A stretch of DNA of 34,931 bases from Minisyncoccota bacterium (lineage in GTDB: Bacteria; Patescibacteriota; Minisyncoccia; Phycocordibacterales; UBA2135): the NCBI GenBank assembly GCA_040879685.1, contig JBBDJW010000004.1, positions 1 through 34,931 on the forward strand, in the 5' to 3' direction. Under the pieces are notes generated by a model. It ran no database searches. It was given only the letters and a program-made list of their open reading frames with translations, and was not told the DNA's origin. Positions 7,645 through 17,346 of this stretch are shown here, piece after piece. Position numbers and translations under genes: made by a program. How positions within the stretch are numbered: position 1 is the first letter of the stretch; the number at the start of each line of letters is the position of its first letter.

Positions 7645-7950
7645 ATGAAGCAACTTCACATTCTCTCCGAAGAAGAAATAGCAAAGGAGATTAAAACACT
7701 CCCGAAGTGGCGCGCAAAGGACGGCACCCTCAAAGCGGAGTATGTTTTCAAGGATTTTAAAACCGCGTTTGCATTTCTCACATGCGTTGCATCCTTCGCC
7801 GAGAAAATAAATCATCACCCCGCGTGGAGTAATCTGTACAATACGGTTTCATTTACCCTCTCAACCCACGACGCGGGTAATGAGATTACTAAAGCGGATG
7901 TTAAACTTGCCCGCTATATCAGTAAAACGGCGGTGCAATTTTTGAATTGA
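7645..7950 (+). CDS. phhB: Pterin-4-alpha-carbinolamine dehydratase
   Basis: FKDFKTAFAF, AEKINHHP, LSTHDAG..IT..D..LA. Start at MKQLHILS. Confidence 0.9.
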   Translation: MKQLHILSEEEIAKEIKTLPKWRAKDGTLKAEYVFKDFKTAFAFLTCVASFAEKINHHPAWSNLYNTVSFTLSTHDAGNEITKADVKLARYISKTAVQFLN

Positions 7951-8026
7951 CGATACCTCTCTGCAACTTGATACAAACATTCTGATATTCTTAAGAATAT
8001 AAGAATGTTTGTACTCGTTTTTACAG

Positions 8027-8695
8027 CTAGTGTGCAAAGGTATACGCGATGACACTTCGTGCGCCGGCTTCGCGAAGCACTTTTTCTGCTTCGCGAAGCG
8101 TTGCGCCGGTTGTGGTGACATCATCTATAAGAATAATATTTCTCCCCTTTACGCATTTTGAGTTCGCAACAGCAAAACATCCCACAATATTCGTGAGCCT
8201 TTCTTTTTTGTTTTTAATACTCATCTGCGGAGGTGTCTCTCTTACTTTTGAAAGTACATCATTTCTTAATGTGCAATACGAAGAGCATCGCACGAGCTCG
8301 CGGGCAATAAGTTCTGACTGATTATATCCGCGTGCTCGCAAGCGTTTTTTTGAAAGGGGAATGGGGACAAGGAGTGGTTCTGTGAAGTTTGAGAAAAGTG
8401 CAAGCTCGTTCATGTCCTCAACCAAATGCTCATAGATACATTCCGCGCACGCGCTTGCTAAGAATCGTGCGCTACGATATTTCAAAAGCCAGATTATCTG
8501 GCGTACGCGCTCATCCTTATAGGCAAAACACGAACGGATGGTGCTTGTAAGAGAGGGCTCGGCACTCGCTTCTTGTGAAAGAGTATGTATGCATGAAGAG
8601 CACACATCTACATCAAGGGTTCCGCAGAGAACACAGGTTCTCGGGAAAAGGAGGTTACTTATATCGGCAAATAATACGTGCAGGTGATACTTCAT
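8027..8695 (-). CDS. comF: ComF family (phosphoribosyltransferase-like) competence protein
   Basis: LLFP..CVLC...CSSC zinc ribbon; RGYNQSE; IILIDDVTTTGATL. Confidence 0.92.
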   Translation of the reverse strand: MKYHLHVLFADISNLLFPRTCVLCGTLDVDVCSSCIHTLSQEASAEPSLTSTIRSCFAYKDERVRQIIWLLKYRSARFLASACAECIYEHLVEDMNELALFSNFTEPLLVPIPLSKKRLRARGYNQSELIARELVRCSSYCTLRNDVLSKVRETPPQMSIKNKKERLTNIVGCFAVANSKCVKGRNIILIDDVTTTGATLREAEKVLREAGARSVIAYTFAH

Positions 8696-8865
8696 AATTA
8701 GTATGTATTCTACCTCATGAAGAGTTATAAACACATATTTAATCAACAAAATTGTTTTCATGTTTGATTGTCTTGGCTTCTCATGGAACTCGTCTTTCTT
8801 CGCTAATTTCCTCGCTGGGGATAGTGACAAGAAAAGCACTTTAAAAATGCTATACTAAAAGGTAT

Positions 8866-10014
8866 ATGGAGCAAAAAGAAAGCTCTGGTATTGCAGAGAA
8901 AATTCTCTCTCCTTTTGCACGGTTTTTAGACCGAGGAGGGAAAAGCGTTATTGGGATTGATGTTGGCGCATCATCCATTAAGGTTGTGCAGGTGCGCAAA
9001 AAAGCGGGGAAGGCAGTTCTTGAAACTTATGGAGAGATTGCACTTGGACCGTACGCTAATCTTGCTGTTGGGCAGGCGACACGATTAAAACAAGACAAGA
9101 TTCGCGAAGCGCTTGACGATCTATTGCGTGAGGCAAACGTGACCAGTCGTTCTGGCGGATTTGCTGTGCCGCTTCGCTCAAGCTTCGTGACTGTGATTGA
9201 GGTCATGAATGTCTCTGAGAAGGAATTAAAAGAGGTTGTAGAGATTGAGGCGCGTAAATACATTCCTATGCCGATTCGCGAGGTTACCCTTGATTGGAAC
9301 CCCCTTCCTTTGCTTGATGAGAACGGTGAGGTTTTTGATGAACATGATGGGAGAAAATCTCATGCAAAAACAAGACAAGTGTTAATCGCTGCCATTCACA
9401 ATGAAGCAATAAGTGCTTTCAGTAGCCTTGCTCAAAGCGCGAAGCTCTCCATTAGCTTTTTGGAGATTGAGGTATTTAGTCTCATTCGTTCCTTGCTTCA
9501 TAGGGAGCGCGCACCAGTCTTACTCGTTGACATGGGGGCAGGTTCTACGAAGTTGGCGGTGGTAGAAGGAGGTGTTGCTCGCAGGACGCACACTATTGAT
9601 CGTGGTTCACAAGATATGACAATAGCACTTTCTCGTTCACAGGGGTTGAGCATAGTGAAGGCTGAAGAAAGAAAGAGGGAAATAGGGCTCTCTAAGGACC
9701 CAAAATATAAAGATACGGCTGATTCACTGCGTTTTGCGATGCGCGATATTTTTGCACAGGCAAATAAGCTTTTATTACAATACGAAAAACAATATAATAG
9801 AACTATAAGCAAAGTAGTATTATCTGGAGGAGGCTCGCTCGTAAAAGGAGTGGTTGAAATGGCAAGTAATAATTTCAGTGCAGAGGTAGTCTATGCTGAT
9901 CCGTTCTCGCGTGTTGAGACACCTGCCTTTCTTGATCCAACACTCAAAAGCATTGGACCAAACTTCTCAGTATCGCTTGGTGTAGCTTTGCGAAAACTTG
10001 AAGAAGAAGGCTAG
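8866..10014 (+). CDS. pilM: Type IV pilus assembly protein PilM
   Basis: IGIDVGASSIKVV, EARKYIP, LVDMGAGST and VVLSGGGS actin-like motifs; first gene of the cluster. Confidence 0.95.
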   Translation: MEQKESSGIAEKILSPFARFLDRGGKSVIGIDVGASSIKVVQVRKKAGKAVLETYGEIALGPYANLAVGQATRLKQDKIREALDDLLREANVTSRSGGFAVPLRSSFVTVIEVMNVSEKELKEVVEIEARKYIPMPIREVTLDWNPLPLLDENGEVFDEHDGRKSHAKTRQVLIAAIHNEAISAFSSLAQSAKLSISFLEIEVFSLIRSLLHRERAPVLLVDMGAGSTKLAVVEGGVARRTHTIDRGSQDMTIALSRSQGLSIVKAEERKREIGLSKDPKYKDTADSLRFAMRDIFAQANKLLLQYEKQYNRTISKVVLSGGGSLVKGVVEMASNNFSAEVVYADPFSRVETPAFLDPTLKSIGPNFSVSLGVALRKLEEEG

Positions 10015-10035
10015 CGCGAATTTTTTCAATTATTT

Positions 10036-10794
10036 ATGGCTGAATTTAAAACATCATTTATACCAAAACAGAAAACTCCTCTTAAGGATGGGCAGAAGAA
10101 GCACCGGCGGGGGGGCTTAGGTTTTTTAGGTTTCTTGGCGCTTATTATTTTTCTTCTTTCCCTTGTCGGTACGGGGGCTTTGTATCTTTATAAAATTGTT
10201 CTTGAAGGGAATATTGAGAAAATGTCTGCTTCTATTGCGCGCGTAGAGGAGGCGATTGATCCAGAACTTATTGAACGGCTACGTGATGTTGACGCACGAA
10301 TTGAAACAGCAAAACTTCTTCTTGCAAACCGTACCATCGCTTCACCCATTTTCCGCCTTTTGGAGGATGATACCTTGCAAAGTATCGGTTACAGCCAAAT
10401 GGAGTTTTTAATTGATAATGGAGGTGAAACAGAACTTCGTCTGCAAGGGGAGGCAAAAGATTATTCATCCCTTGCCTTGCAGTCTGACATTTTCGGAGAG
10501 ACAAAAAGTTTAGAAAGCCCTATTTTTGAAAGCCTTCGCTTAGATGAAAGAGGAAATGTTTCTTTTAGTTTTAAAACACCACTTGCGCGCTCTCTCCTTC
10601 TTTATGAGAACAATCTTAATGCCATTCCTCGTTTTGTTACTGAGGAGAATTTCTCTCCAACATCCTCGGATGATCTTGAGAAAAGTACTGTGGGAGAGAA
10701 GGTGGACTCATCTCCCACCAAAGAGAGCGCAGAAGACGACCTTACTACTATTGATGAGGAGCTTGACGGCTTTTTAGAAGGACTTGGTATTTAA
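10036..10794 (+). CDS. pilN: PilN-like alignment subcomplex protein
   Basis: SFIPK near N-terminus, single TM, coiled coil, L.GEA.....LA; lies between pilM and pilO. Confidence 0.65.
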   Translation: MAEFKTSFIPKQKTPLKDGQKKHRRGGLGFLGFLALIIFLLSLVGTGALYLYKIVLEGNIEKMSASIARVEEAIDPELIERLRDVDARIETAKLLLANRTIASPIFRLLEDDTLQSIGYSQMEFLIDNGGETELRLQGEAKDYSSLALQSDIFGETKSLESPIFESLRLDERGNVSFSFKTPLARSLLLYENNLNAIPRFVTEENFSPTSSDDLEKSTVGEKVDSSPTKESAEDDLTTIDEELDGFLEGLGI

Positions 10795-10797
10795 CGT

Positions 10798-11337
10798 ATG
10801 AACCAGTATATTATTCCAGTTGTCATACTTGCAGCAACCGTCGGAGTGTTCTTGGGCTTTACAGATCCCTTGTATCAAGAAATAAAGCAGATACAAAATC
10901 AATCAACACAACTCCGTGATGCATTGGAAAACACAAAGACAATCCAAGAGGTACGAGATCGTCTCCTTGCTCGATTTAATGACATTGAGAAAAGTGACTT
11001 GGATCGCCTTGAGCGGATGTTGCCAGGCAAGATTGACAATGTTCGCCTTATTCTTGAGATAGATGAGGTAGCGTCACGCCACGGTATGCTTGTGAAAGAT
11101 ATTGGTGTGCTAAAACAAAATGCGGATGAGGATTCCATTGGTCCTGATGTGAAGCCCTATGGAAGTTTGGATCTCGCGTTTACTATTACCGGGTCGTATG
11201 ATTCATTCCGCGCTTTTTTGAGTGAACTTGAACAGAGTCTTCGTGTTATTGATATTCGTGCAATTTTATTCATTGCAAATACATCAGAGACGATCCATGA
11301 GTATAGTATTACCGTACGAGCCTATTGGCTTAGGTAA
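10798..11337 (+). CDS. pilO: Type IV pilus assembly protein PilO
   Basis: TM + coiled coil; LERMLP; GSYDSFRAFLSELEQSLRVIDI. Confidence 0.88.
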   Translation: MNQYIIPVVILAATVGVFLGFTDPLYQEIKQIQNQSTQLRDALENTKTIQEVRDRLLARFNDIEKSDLDRLERMLPGKIDNVRLILEIDEVASRHGMLVKDIGVLKQNADEDSIGPDVKPYGSLDLAFTITGSYDSFRAFLSELEQSLRVIDIRAILFIANTSETIHEYSITVRAYWLR

Positions 11338-11351
11338 GTTTTTTTTGAAAT

Positions 11352-11645
11352 ATGAATAAAAAGAACATAAAAAATATAACCCTTGTCGTCCTGCTCCTTG
11401 CCGGCCTCTTTGTGGCGTACTCGTTTTTTACAGGTGATTCATCAGACGGCGAACTTCTTTCTTCTTCCTCTGCCAGCGAGCTTACTGTAGTTGATAATCT
11501 TTTTGTCCTTCTTAATTCTCTCTCACAACTCCGTATTGACACGAGTATTTTTGAGAAAGAATCATACCGTTCTCTTAAAGATTACACGGTTATCTTGGGC
11601 ACAGAACCACAGGGGAGAACGAATCCATTTCGCCCAATCCAATAG
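11352..11645 (+). CDS. Small membrane protein in the PilP position
   Basis: N-terminal TM and C-terminal GRTNPFRP motif similar to the R-x-PF of PilP-like proteins. Confidence 0.7.
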   Translation: MNKKNIKNITLVVLLLAGLFVAYSFFTGDSSDGELLSSSSASELTVVDNLFVLLNSLSQLRIDTSIFEKESYRSLKDYTVILGTEPQGRTNPFRPIQ

Positions 11646-11728
11646 TAGTTAGTGGTGAGTAGTTTGTAGTTAGTAGTAAACAACCACCTACCATCTAGAG
11701 ACCATAAACTACCGACTACTAACTATAA
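11643..11728. repeat. Heptamer tandem repeats arranged as an imperfect palindrome
   Basis: Five TAGTAGT-like units (11643-11677), then ACTACTA-like complementary units (11683-11728). Confidence 0.75.
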
Positions 11729-11731
11729 AAT

Positions 11732-13591
11732 ATGGCATTTGTTGATTATCTTATACAAAAAGGAATCGTTGATTCACAAACAGGAGAAGATCTCTTGAAT
11801 GATGTTGCTGAAGCCGGAAGCGATGCGGTTGATATCTTAGTATCTCGTGGTCAGGATAAAGAAAAACTCATGCAACTTAAGTCGGAGTACTTTAATATTC
11901 CGTGGAAGAAGATTGACGCAGAGGATATCCCTCTCAATACACTTAAGTTTATCCCCGAAGATTCCGCGCGACACTATAAAATTGCCCCTATCGCACATAG
12001 AGACGATGCCCTTGAGGTTGGAATGGTGAATCCAGACAATCTAGAGGCGCGCGATGCACTGCAGTTTATTTCCTCAAAGCTCAACATCCCTTTTAAGGTG
12101 TTTCTCATCTCATATGCCGATTACGCTTCGTTACTTGAGAATTATAAAGGTCTTTCCCACGAAGTAACTGAAGTGCTTTCCGAGCTTGAAACTGAACTTG
12201 ATGACAGAGAAGAGCAAGAAGGAGAAGCGGAGGGAGACTTTTCATTTAAATATGAGAAAGGTAATGCTGATATAATTACCAACAAAGAAAAGAAAAAAGC
12301 CAAGAGAGGACAATCGCATGAGGAAGAAAAAGGAGAAGCGGGAGAGGAAGGCGATGTATCACAAAAAGGAAAGCCACTTTCTCCCGATACAAAAATTAAT
12401 ATTGTCGAAGACACACCGGTAACAAAAATTGTTGCCACACTGCTTCGTCATGCAGCACAAACCGGCTCCTCTGATATCCATATAGAACCAACAGGAGAAA
12501 AAATACGAGTACGGTTTCGTATTGATGGCGTTTTGCGTACCAATGTTTTTCTTCCTCATGCGGTACAAAATGCTGTCGTCGCGCGCATTAAGGTCCTTTC
12601 TAACCTGAAGCTGGATGAAAAAAGAAAACCTCAAGACGGCAGTTTTTCTGCAAAAATTGAAAATAGAAAAATTGATTTTCGTGTCTCAACCTTTCCGACT
12701 CAGCATGGAGAAAAGGTGGTCTTGCGAATTCTGGATCCGGAAAAAGGAGTTTCAAAATTAGAGGAGACTGGCCTGGAAGGAGATAATCTAGAGTGGGTAA
12801 AGGAAGCGCTTAGCAGGCCCTATGGACTCGTTCTCCTTACAGGACCGACTGGCTCTGGTAAAAGCACGACTCTTTACGGAATGTTAAACCTTGTTGATAA
12901 AGAAGAGAAGAATGCCGTCTCCCTTGAAGATCCGATTGAGTATAATATTTCCGGAATGAGTCAATCGCAGGTGCGACCAGAGATTGGCTACACATTTGCA
13001 AATGGATTGCGTTCCATTCTTCGTCAAGACCCTGACATTATCATGGTTGGTGAAATTCGAGACAAAGAAACCGCACAACTTGCCATTCAGGCTGCACTTA
13101 CCGGACATTTAGTCTTTTCAACGCTTCACACTAACAACGCCGCGGGAGTTGTACCACGACTTGTCGATATGGGTGTTGACCCGTATTTGATCGCTCCAAC
13201 ACTTTTAATTGCTGTGGGACAGCGCTTAGTCCCTACCATTTGTGAACCCTCAAAAAAAGCGGTTCCTATTGAGGGAAGTATAAAGGAGATGATTACTAAA
13301 CAATTTGAAGATGCTTCGGAAGCACTCAAGAAAAAAATCCCTAATGCAAAAGAGGTATACGAAGCCGTTCCTTCCGATGAATGTCCAGGAGGAACGCATG
13401 GTCGCACCGGTGTATTTGAGGTGATGCGTATCAATAAGGCAATGGAGAAAGTTATTCTAGAAAACCCAACAGAAGGGGCGCTTTTGCGACAGGCACGAGA
13501 GAATGGAATGACAACAATGAAAGAGGATGCCCTCTTTAAATCAATGCAAGGACGTGTGCCGTTCATTGAGGTTAATAAACTTGAGCAATAG
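11732..13591 (+). CDS. pilB: Type IV pilus assembly ATPase PilB (GspE/PulE family)
   Basis: SDIHIEP, RFRIDG, PQDG, Walker A GPTGSGKST, EDPIEY, LRQDPDIIMVGEIRD, TGHLVFSTLHTN. Confidence 0.96.
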   Translation: MAFVDYLIQKGIVDSQTGEDLLNDVAEAGSDAVDILVSRGQDKEKLMQLKSEYFNIPWKKIDAEDIPLNTLKFIPEDSARHYKIAPIAHRDDALEVGMVNPDNLEARDALQFISSKLNIPFKVFLISYADYASLLENYKGLSHEVTEVLSELETELDDREEQEGEAEGDFSFKYEKGNADIITNKEKKKAKRGQSHEEEKGEAGEEGDVSQKGKPLSPDTKINIVEDTPVTKIVATLLRHAAQTGSSDIHIEPTGEKIRVRFRIDGVLRTNVFLPHAVQNAVVARIKVLSNLKLDEKRKPQDGSFSAKIENRKIDFRVSTFPTQHGEKVVLRILDPEKGVSKLEETGLEGDNLEWVKEALSRPYGLVLLTGPTGSGKSTTLYGMLNLVDKEEKNAVSLEDPIEYNISGMSQSQVRPEIGYTFANGLRSILRQDPDIIMVGEIRDKETAQLAIQAALTGHLVFSTLHTNNAAGVVPRLVDMGVDPYLIAPTLLIAVGQRLVPTICEPSKKAVPIEGSIKEMITKQFEDASEALKKKIPNAKEVYEAVPSDECPGGTHGRTGVFEVMRINKAMEKVILENPTEGALLRQARENGMTTMKEDALFKSMQGRVPFIEVNKLEQ

Positions 13592-13593
13592 AT

Positions 13594-14658
13594 ATGGATT
13601 ACAAAAAGTCCTTAGATGATTTAATAGAAATCGTTATAAAAGAAGGAGGGAGCGATCTTCATCTTTCTGAAAATCGCACGCCGTCCATTCGTGTTTCAGG
13701 GGAACTTACTCCGTTGGTGAAGCATCAAACGCTCACTCGTGATGATCTCTCTGGTTTTTTGGGGATTCTTTTAAATGAACAAAAGTTGAAAGAATTTCAA
13801 AAAAACAAAGAAGTTGATTTCTCATATATGATACAGGGAGGTACGCGCTTCCGTGGAAGCTCTTACCTTCAACAAGGAGCCGTCTCTCTCGTACTGCGCC
13901 TTATTCCTTCTGAGATAAAAACACTTGAAGAGTTAAATCTTCCGGATGTGTTGTATGAATTCACAAGAAGAAAGCAAGGTTTTTTTCTAGTGGTTGGCCC
14001 GGTAGGGCATGGCAAATCAACGACACTTGCTTCAATAATAAGCTCTATTAATAAAGAACGAACTGAACATATTATCACTATTGAAGACCCTATTGAGTTT
14101 CTTCATAAACAAGAACGCTCGCTTGTTGATCAGCGCGAGGTCGGGGTTGATACGGACTCCTTTCAGAGTGGCTTGAAGGCGATGTTTCGGCAGGACGTTG
14201 ATGTTTTAATGATTGGCGAGATGCGTGACCCAGAGACAATCGCCGCCGCGGTAACGGCGGCAGAGACAGGGCACCTTGTATTTTCAACACTCCATACCAA
14301 TAATGCGGCACAAACAATAGATCGTATTGTTGATTCATTTCCCTCTGGACAACAAGACCAAATTCGTGCCCAGCTCTCCCAAGCGCTCTCAGGTATTTTT
14401 TCACAACGGCTCGTGAAGCGCACTTCAGGAGGGCTTATCCCGGCCTATGAGCTTATGAGAAATAATGCGGCGACAGCAAACCTTATTCGTGATGGAAGAA
14501 ATCACGAAATTAATTTGATAATTGAGACTGGCGCAGATGATGGTATGATTGATATGAATAGAACACTTGTTGATCTCTTGCGCAGAGGAGAAATCAGCGA
14601 AGAATCTGCTCGTGCATATTCACCTAACCCACGAGCATTAATGAGGCTTGTTGAATAA
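13594..14658 (+). CDS. pilT: Type IV pilus retraction ATPase PilT
   Basis: SDLHL, GPVGHGKSTT, EDPIEF, GEMRD, AAETGHLVFSTLHTN, ATANLIRD. Confidence 0.95.
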   Translation: MDYKKSLDDLIEIVIKEGGSDLHLSENRTPSIRVSGELTPLVKHQTLTRDDLSGFLGILLNEQKLKEFQKNKEVDFSYMIQGGTRFRGSSYLQQGAVSLVLRLIPSEIKTLEELNLPDVLYEFTRRKQGFFLVVGPVGHGKSTTLASIISSINKERTEHIITIEDPIEFLHKQERSLVDQREVGVDTDSFQSGLKAMFRQDVDVLMIGEMRDPETIAAAVTAAETGHLVFSTLHTNNAAQTIDRIVDSFPSGQQDQIRAQLSQALSGIFSQRLVKRTSGGLIPAYELMRNNAATANLIRDGRNHEINLIIETGADDGMIDMNRTLVDLLRRGEISEESARAYSPNPRALMRLVE

Positions 14659-14668
14659 CATTACCACC

Positions 14669-15880
14669 ATGCTTTTTAATTACAAAGTTGTCACTAAAGA
14701 AGGAGATCGGCAAGAAGGCACGATTGACACTATAAACAAGGATACTGCAATTTCATCTCTTCAAGGGAGAGGGTTTACAGTTCTTTCTGTTTCTTCCTCT
14801 GACGATGAGAAGGGAAGTATTTTCAATATGGATATAGAAATCTTCTCTGGTGTTCCTCGTCGTGACATTGTAATTATGTCGCGCCAGATAGCAACGCTCT
14901 CGGGGGCACAGGTCTCGGCGCTTCGTATCTTTAGGATGCTTGCTGCACAGGCGGAGAACAAAAGACTCCGTCGGGCGCTTACAGAGATTTCAGATGACGT
15001 TCAGGGAGGCTCGTCTATTTCTGCAGCCCTTGATAAGCATCCAAAGATTTTTTCCGAGTTTTATGTCAACATGGTTCGTTCTGGTGAAGAAACAGGAAAG
15101 TTGAGTGAAGTTTTTGAAGCGCTTGCTGATTATCTTGACCGTTCCTACGAACTTACTAATAAAATACGAAATGCTCTAATCTACCCAGCATTTGTTATTG
15201 CAACTTTTATTGTGGTGATGGCTCTCATGCTTACGCTGGTCTTTCCAAATCTTACCCAAATTCTTATTGAATCAGGGCAAGAAATACCTATCTACACCGC
15301 AATCATTATTGGCCTGTCAGACTTTCTTATTGACTACGGTATTTTCCTTGTCATTCTCATCGCAGTTGGTATTGGGTGGGCGGTGTATTATGGAAGGACT
15401 CCCTCAGGACGAAAGCTTTTCTCTAGGGTTGCAATGGAGGTTCCTATCCTTGGAGGGTTGTTGCAAAAGCTCTATCTCTCACGAATTGCCGATAATATGA
15501 ATACGCTTCTCTCAAGCGGGATTAATCTTGTCCGTGTCCTTGAGATAACAGGCACTATTGTCGGGAGCGCAGTATATGAGGATATTCTGAACGAGTCAAT
15601 GGAGCAGGTGAAGGGCGGTGCGACACTCTCTGATGTCTTATCGGAATATGATGAAATTCCTGTGGTGATGGTGCAAATTATGAAGGTGGGGGAGGAATCG
15701 GGAGAGCTGGGGAGTATTTTAAAAACACTCGCGACTTTCTATAAGCGAGAGGTTGATAATGCCGTGGATACCTTAATTGGTCTTATTGAGCCTATGCTTA
15801 TCGTGGCACTCGGTCTTGGTGTAGGAATTGTTTTGACTTCTGTTCTTGTCCCAATATATAATGTTTCAACGGGTATCTAG
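14669..15880 (+). CDS. pilC: Type IV pilus platform protein PilC (GspF family)
   Basis: SGEETGKL, ALIYPAF, VGEESGEL, LIEP; two GspF domains. Confidence 0.95.
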   Translation: MLFNYKVVTKEGDRQEGTIDTINKDTAISSLQGRGFTVLSVSSSDDEKGSIFNMDIEIFSGVPRRDIVIMSRQIATLSGAQVSALRIFRMLAAQAENKRLRRALTEISDDVQGGSSISAALDKHPKIFSEFYVNMVRSGEETGKLSEVFEALADYLDRSYELTNKIRNALIYPAFVIATFIVVMALMLTLVFPNLTQILIESGQEIPIYTAIIIGLSDFLIDYGIFLVILIAVGIGWAVYYGRTPSGRKLFSRVAMEVPILGGLLQKLYLSRIADNMNTLLSSGINLVRVLEITGTIVGSAVYEDILNESMEQVKGGATLSDVLSEYDEIPVVMVQIMKVGEESGELGSILKTLATFYKREVDNAVDTLIGLIEPMLIVALGLGVGIVLTSVLVPIYNVSTGI

Positions 15881-16015
15881 GAAAAAAATGTTATCCACAT
15901 GCGCCTTTTCCTTTAAAAAACCCCATGCTATACTTTTATTGTGTCTAGGTGGGTACTCTCTTAAAAGAGAAATGAGTTGATAAACTCTCGCCAGGCCTTT
16001 CTCAAAATTTTTTAT

Positions 16016-16462
16016 ATGAAAATACAAACACAAAAAGGTTTTACTTTAATTGAACTCTTGGTCGTTATCGCGATTATCGGCATCCTTTCATCTGTTGTTC
16101 TTGCGTCTTTAAATACTGCCCGCGAAAAGGCCCGCGACGCGCGAAGAATTGCCGATATTAAACAAATTCAAGTTGCTCTAGAATTTTATTTTGACGAAAA
16201 TAATACTTACCCATTAGCCATTATCGACCTCTCACCAAGTTACATTCCCGTTGCCCCTGTTGACCCGCTTGATACTCCGTTGACGGTGTATCCTTATCAA
16301 CAAATCTCAAGTACGGATTATCATCTCGGTGCAAACTTAGAAGATTCAAACAATAGCGTTTTAGATTCTGACAGGGATTTTGATGGTACAGTTATTGATG
16401 GACTTGATACTGACGGTTGTGCTGATGAGCCGGGACGATTCTGTTATGATGTAAGACCATAA
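16016..16462 (+). CDS. pilA: Major type IV pilin
   Basis: QKG|FTLIELLVVIAIIGILSSVVLASL..AR.KARDARR.AD; C-terminal Cys pair; own upstream -10 (TATACT) and downstream terminator. Confidence 0.9.
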   Translation: MKIQTQKGFTLIELLVVIAIIGILSSVVLASLNTAREKARDARRIADIKQIQVALEFYFDENNTYPLAIIDLSPSYIPVAPVDPLDTPLTVYPYQQISSTDYHLGANLEDSNNSVLDSDRDFDGTVIDGLDTDGCADEPGRFCYDVRP

Positions 16463-16480
16463 TACATCTCTTTGATTTTT

Positions 16481-16514
16481 ACAAAAACACCCCGCTAAAG
16501 CGGGGTGTTTTTGT
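16481..16514 (+). terminator. Intrinsic terminator after major pilin
   Basis: ACAAAAACACCCCGC-TAAA-GCGGGGTGTTTTTGT. Confidence 0.88.
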
Positions 16515-16530
16515 GATATACTAGTAATAA

Positions 16531-17343
16531 ATGGAGTTTCTTTTGTTATTTTTTATATTTCTCTTCGGAGCGATTATTGGCAGTTTTTTAAATGTGATTG
16601 CAACACGTTATGCTACGGGCATTTCTTTTCGTGGGCGCTCATTTTGCCGCTTATGTGGACACACTCTCGCGTGGTATGATCTCATTCCCTTTCTCTCTTT
16701 TGTATTCCTGAGGCGTAAGTGTCGGTATTGTAGCTGTAAAATTTCATGGCAGTATCCTCTTATGGAGCTTCTTGGGGGCGCGCTCTTTGCTGTACTTTTT
16801 CTCAAATTCTCACCACAACTGCTAGAAAGTCCATTTGCAGCAGCAGAGTTTATTTATTTTTTGGTTCTTTTTTCTTTTCTTCTTATTATTGGAGTCTATG
16901 ATTTTCACAATCACATTATTCCAAATCGCCTTGTGTATCTTTTTACCGGCCTTGCTCTTCTTGTTCCTCTTGGAGCAACGAGCCTCCCCCCCTCACTCCT
17001 CTGGCTTATCGCAGGACCTCTTTTAGCAACTCCTTTTGCACTTTTATGGCTTATCTCAGGTGGTCGGTGGATCGGGTTGGGTGATTCAAAGCTCGTCTGG
17101 GGGATAGGGTGGATGCTCGGGCTCTCGTCAGGGGTTGCGGCAATTCTCATTGCGTTTTGGGTTGGTGCGCTTATGGGCACAGCACTCCTTGTTGCACCGA
17201 GGATAAGTGTATTGTTGGGCTCTGGGAAACGATATACAATGAAAAGTGAGCTCTCATTCGCTCCGCTTCTTATTTTGGGGGTTTTCATTGTCTATTACTG
17301 GAACATTAGCTTTTTTCATATTCAGCTTTTTTTGACCCTCTAA
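16531..17343 (+). CDS. pilD: Prepilin peptidase
   Basis: IGSFLNV, RSFC..C...L.WYDLIP, C.YC, YP..E, D......IP, GLGDSKL, FAP. Confidence 0.95.
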   Translation: MEFLLLFFIFLFGAIIGSFLNVIATRYATGISFRGRSFCRLCGHTLAWYDLIPFLSFVFLRRKCRYCSCKISWQYPLMELLGGALFAVLFLKFSPQLLESPFAAAEFIYFLVLFSFLLIIGVYDFHNHIIPNRLVYLFTGLALLVPLGATSLPPSLLWLIAGPLLATPFALLWLISGGRWIGLGDSKLVWGIGWMLGLSSGVAAILIAFWVGALMGTALLVAPRISVLLGSGKRYTMKSELSFAPLLILGVFIVYYWNISFFHIQLFLTL

Positions 17344-17346
17344 GCT

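Noticed and set aside
8067-8099. Twice-repeated palindrome GCTTCGCGAAGC in comF
   Set aside because: It encodes the LREA...LREA helix of a conserved region and is explained by coding sequence.
15891-15899. Perfect DnaA box TTATCCACA (another at 5672-5680)
   Set aside because: These are isolated single boxes with no cluster or dnaA/dnaN nearby, so there is no evidence for oriC.
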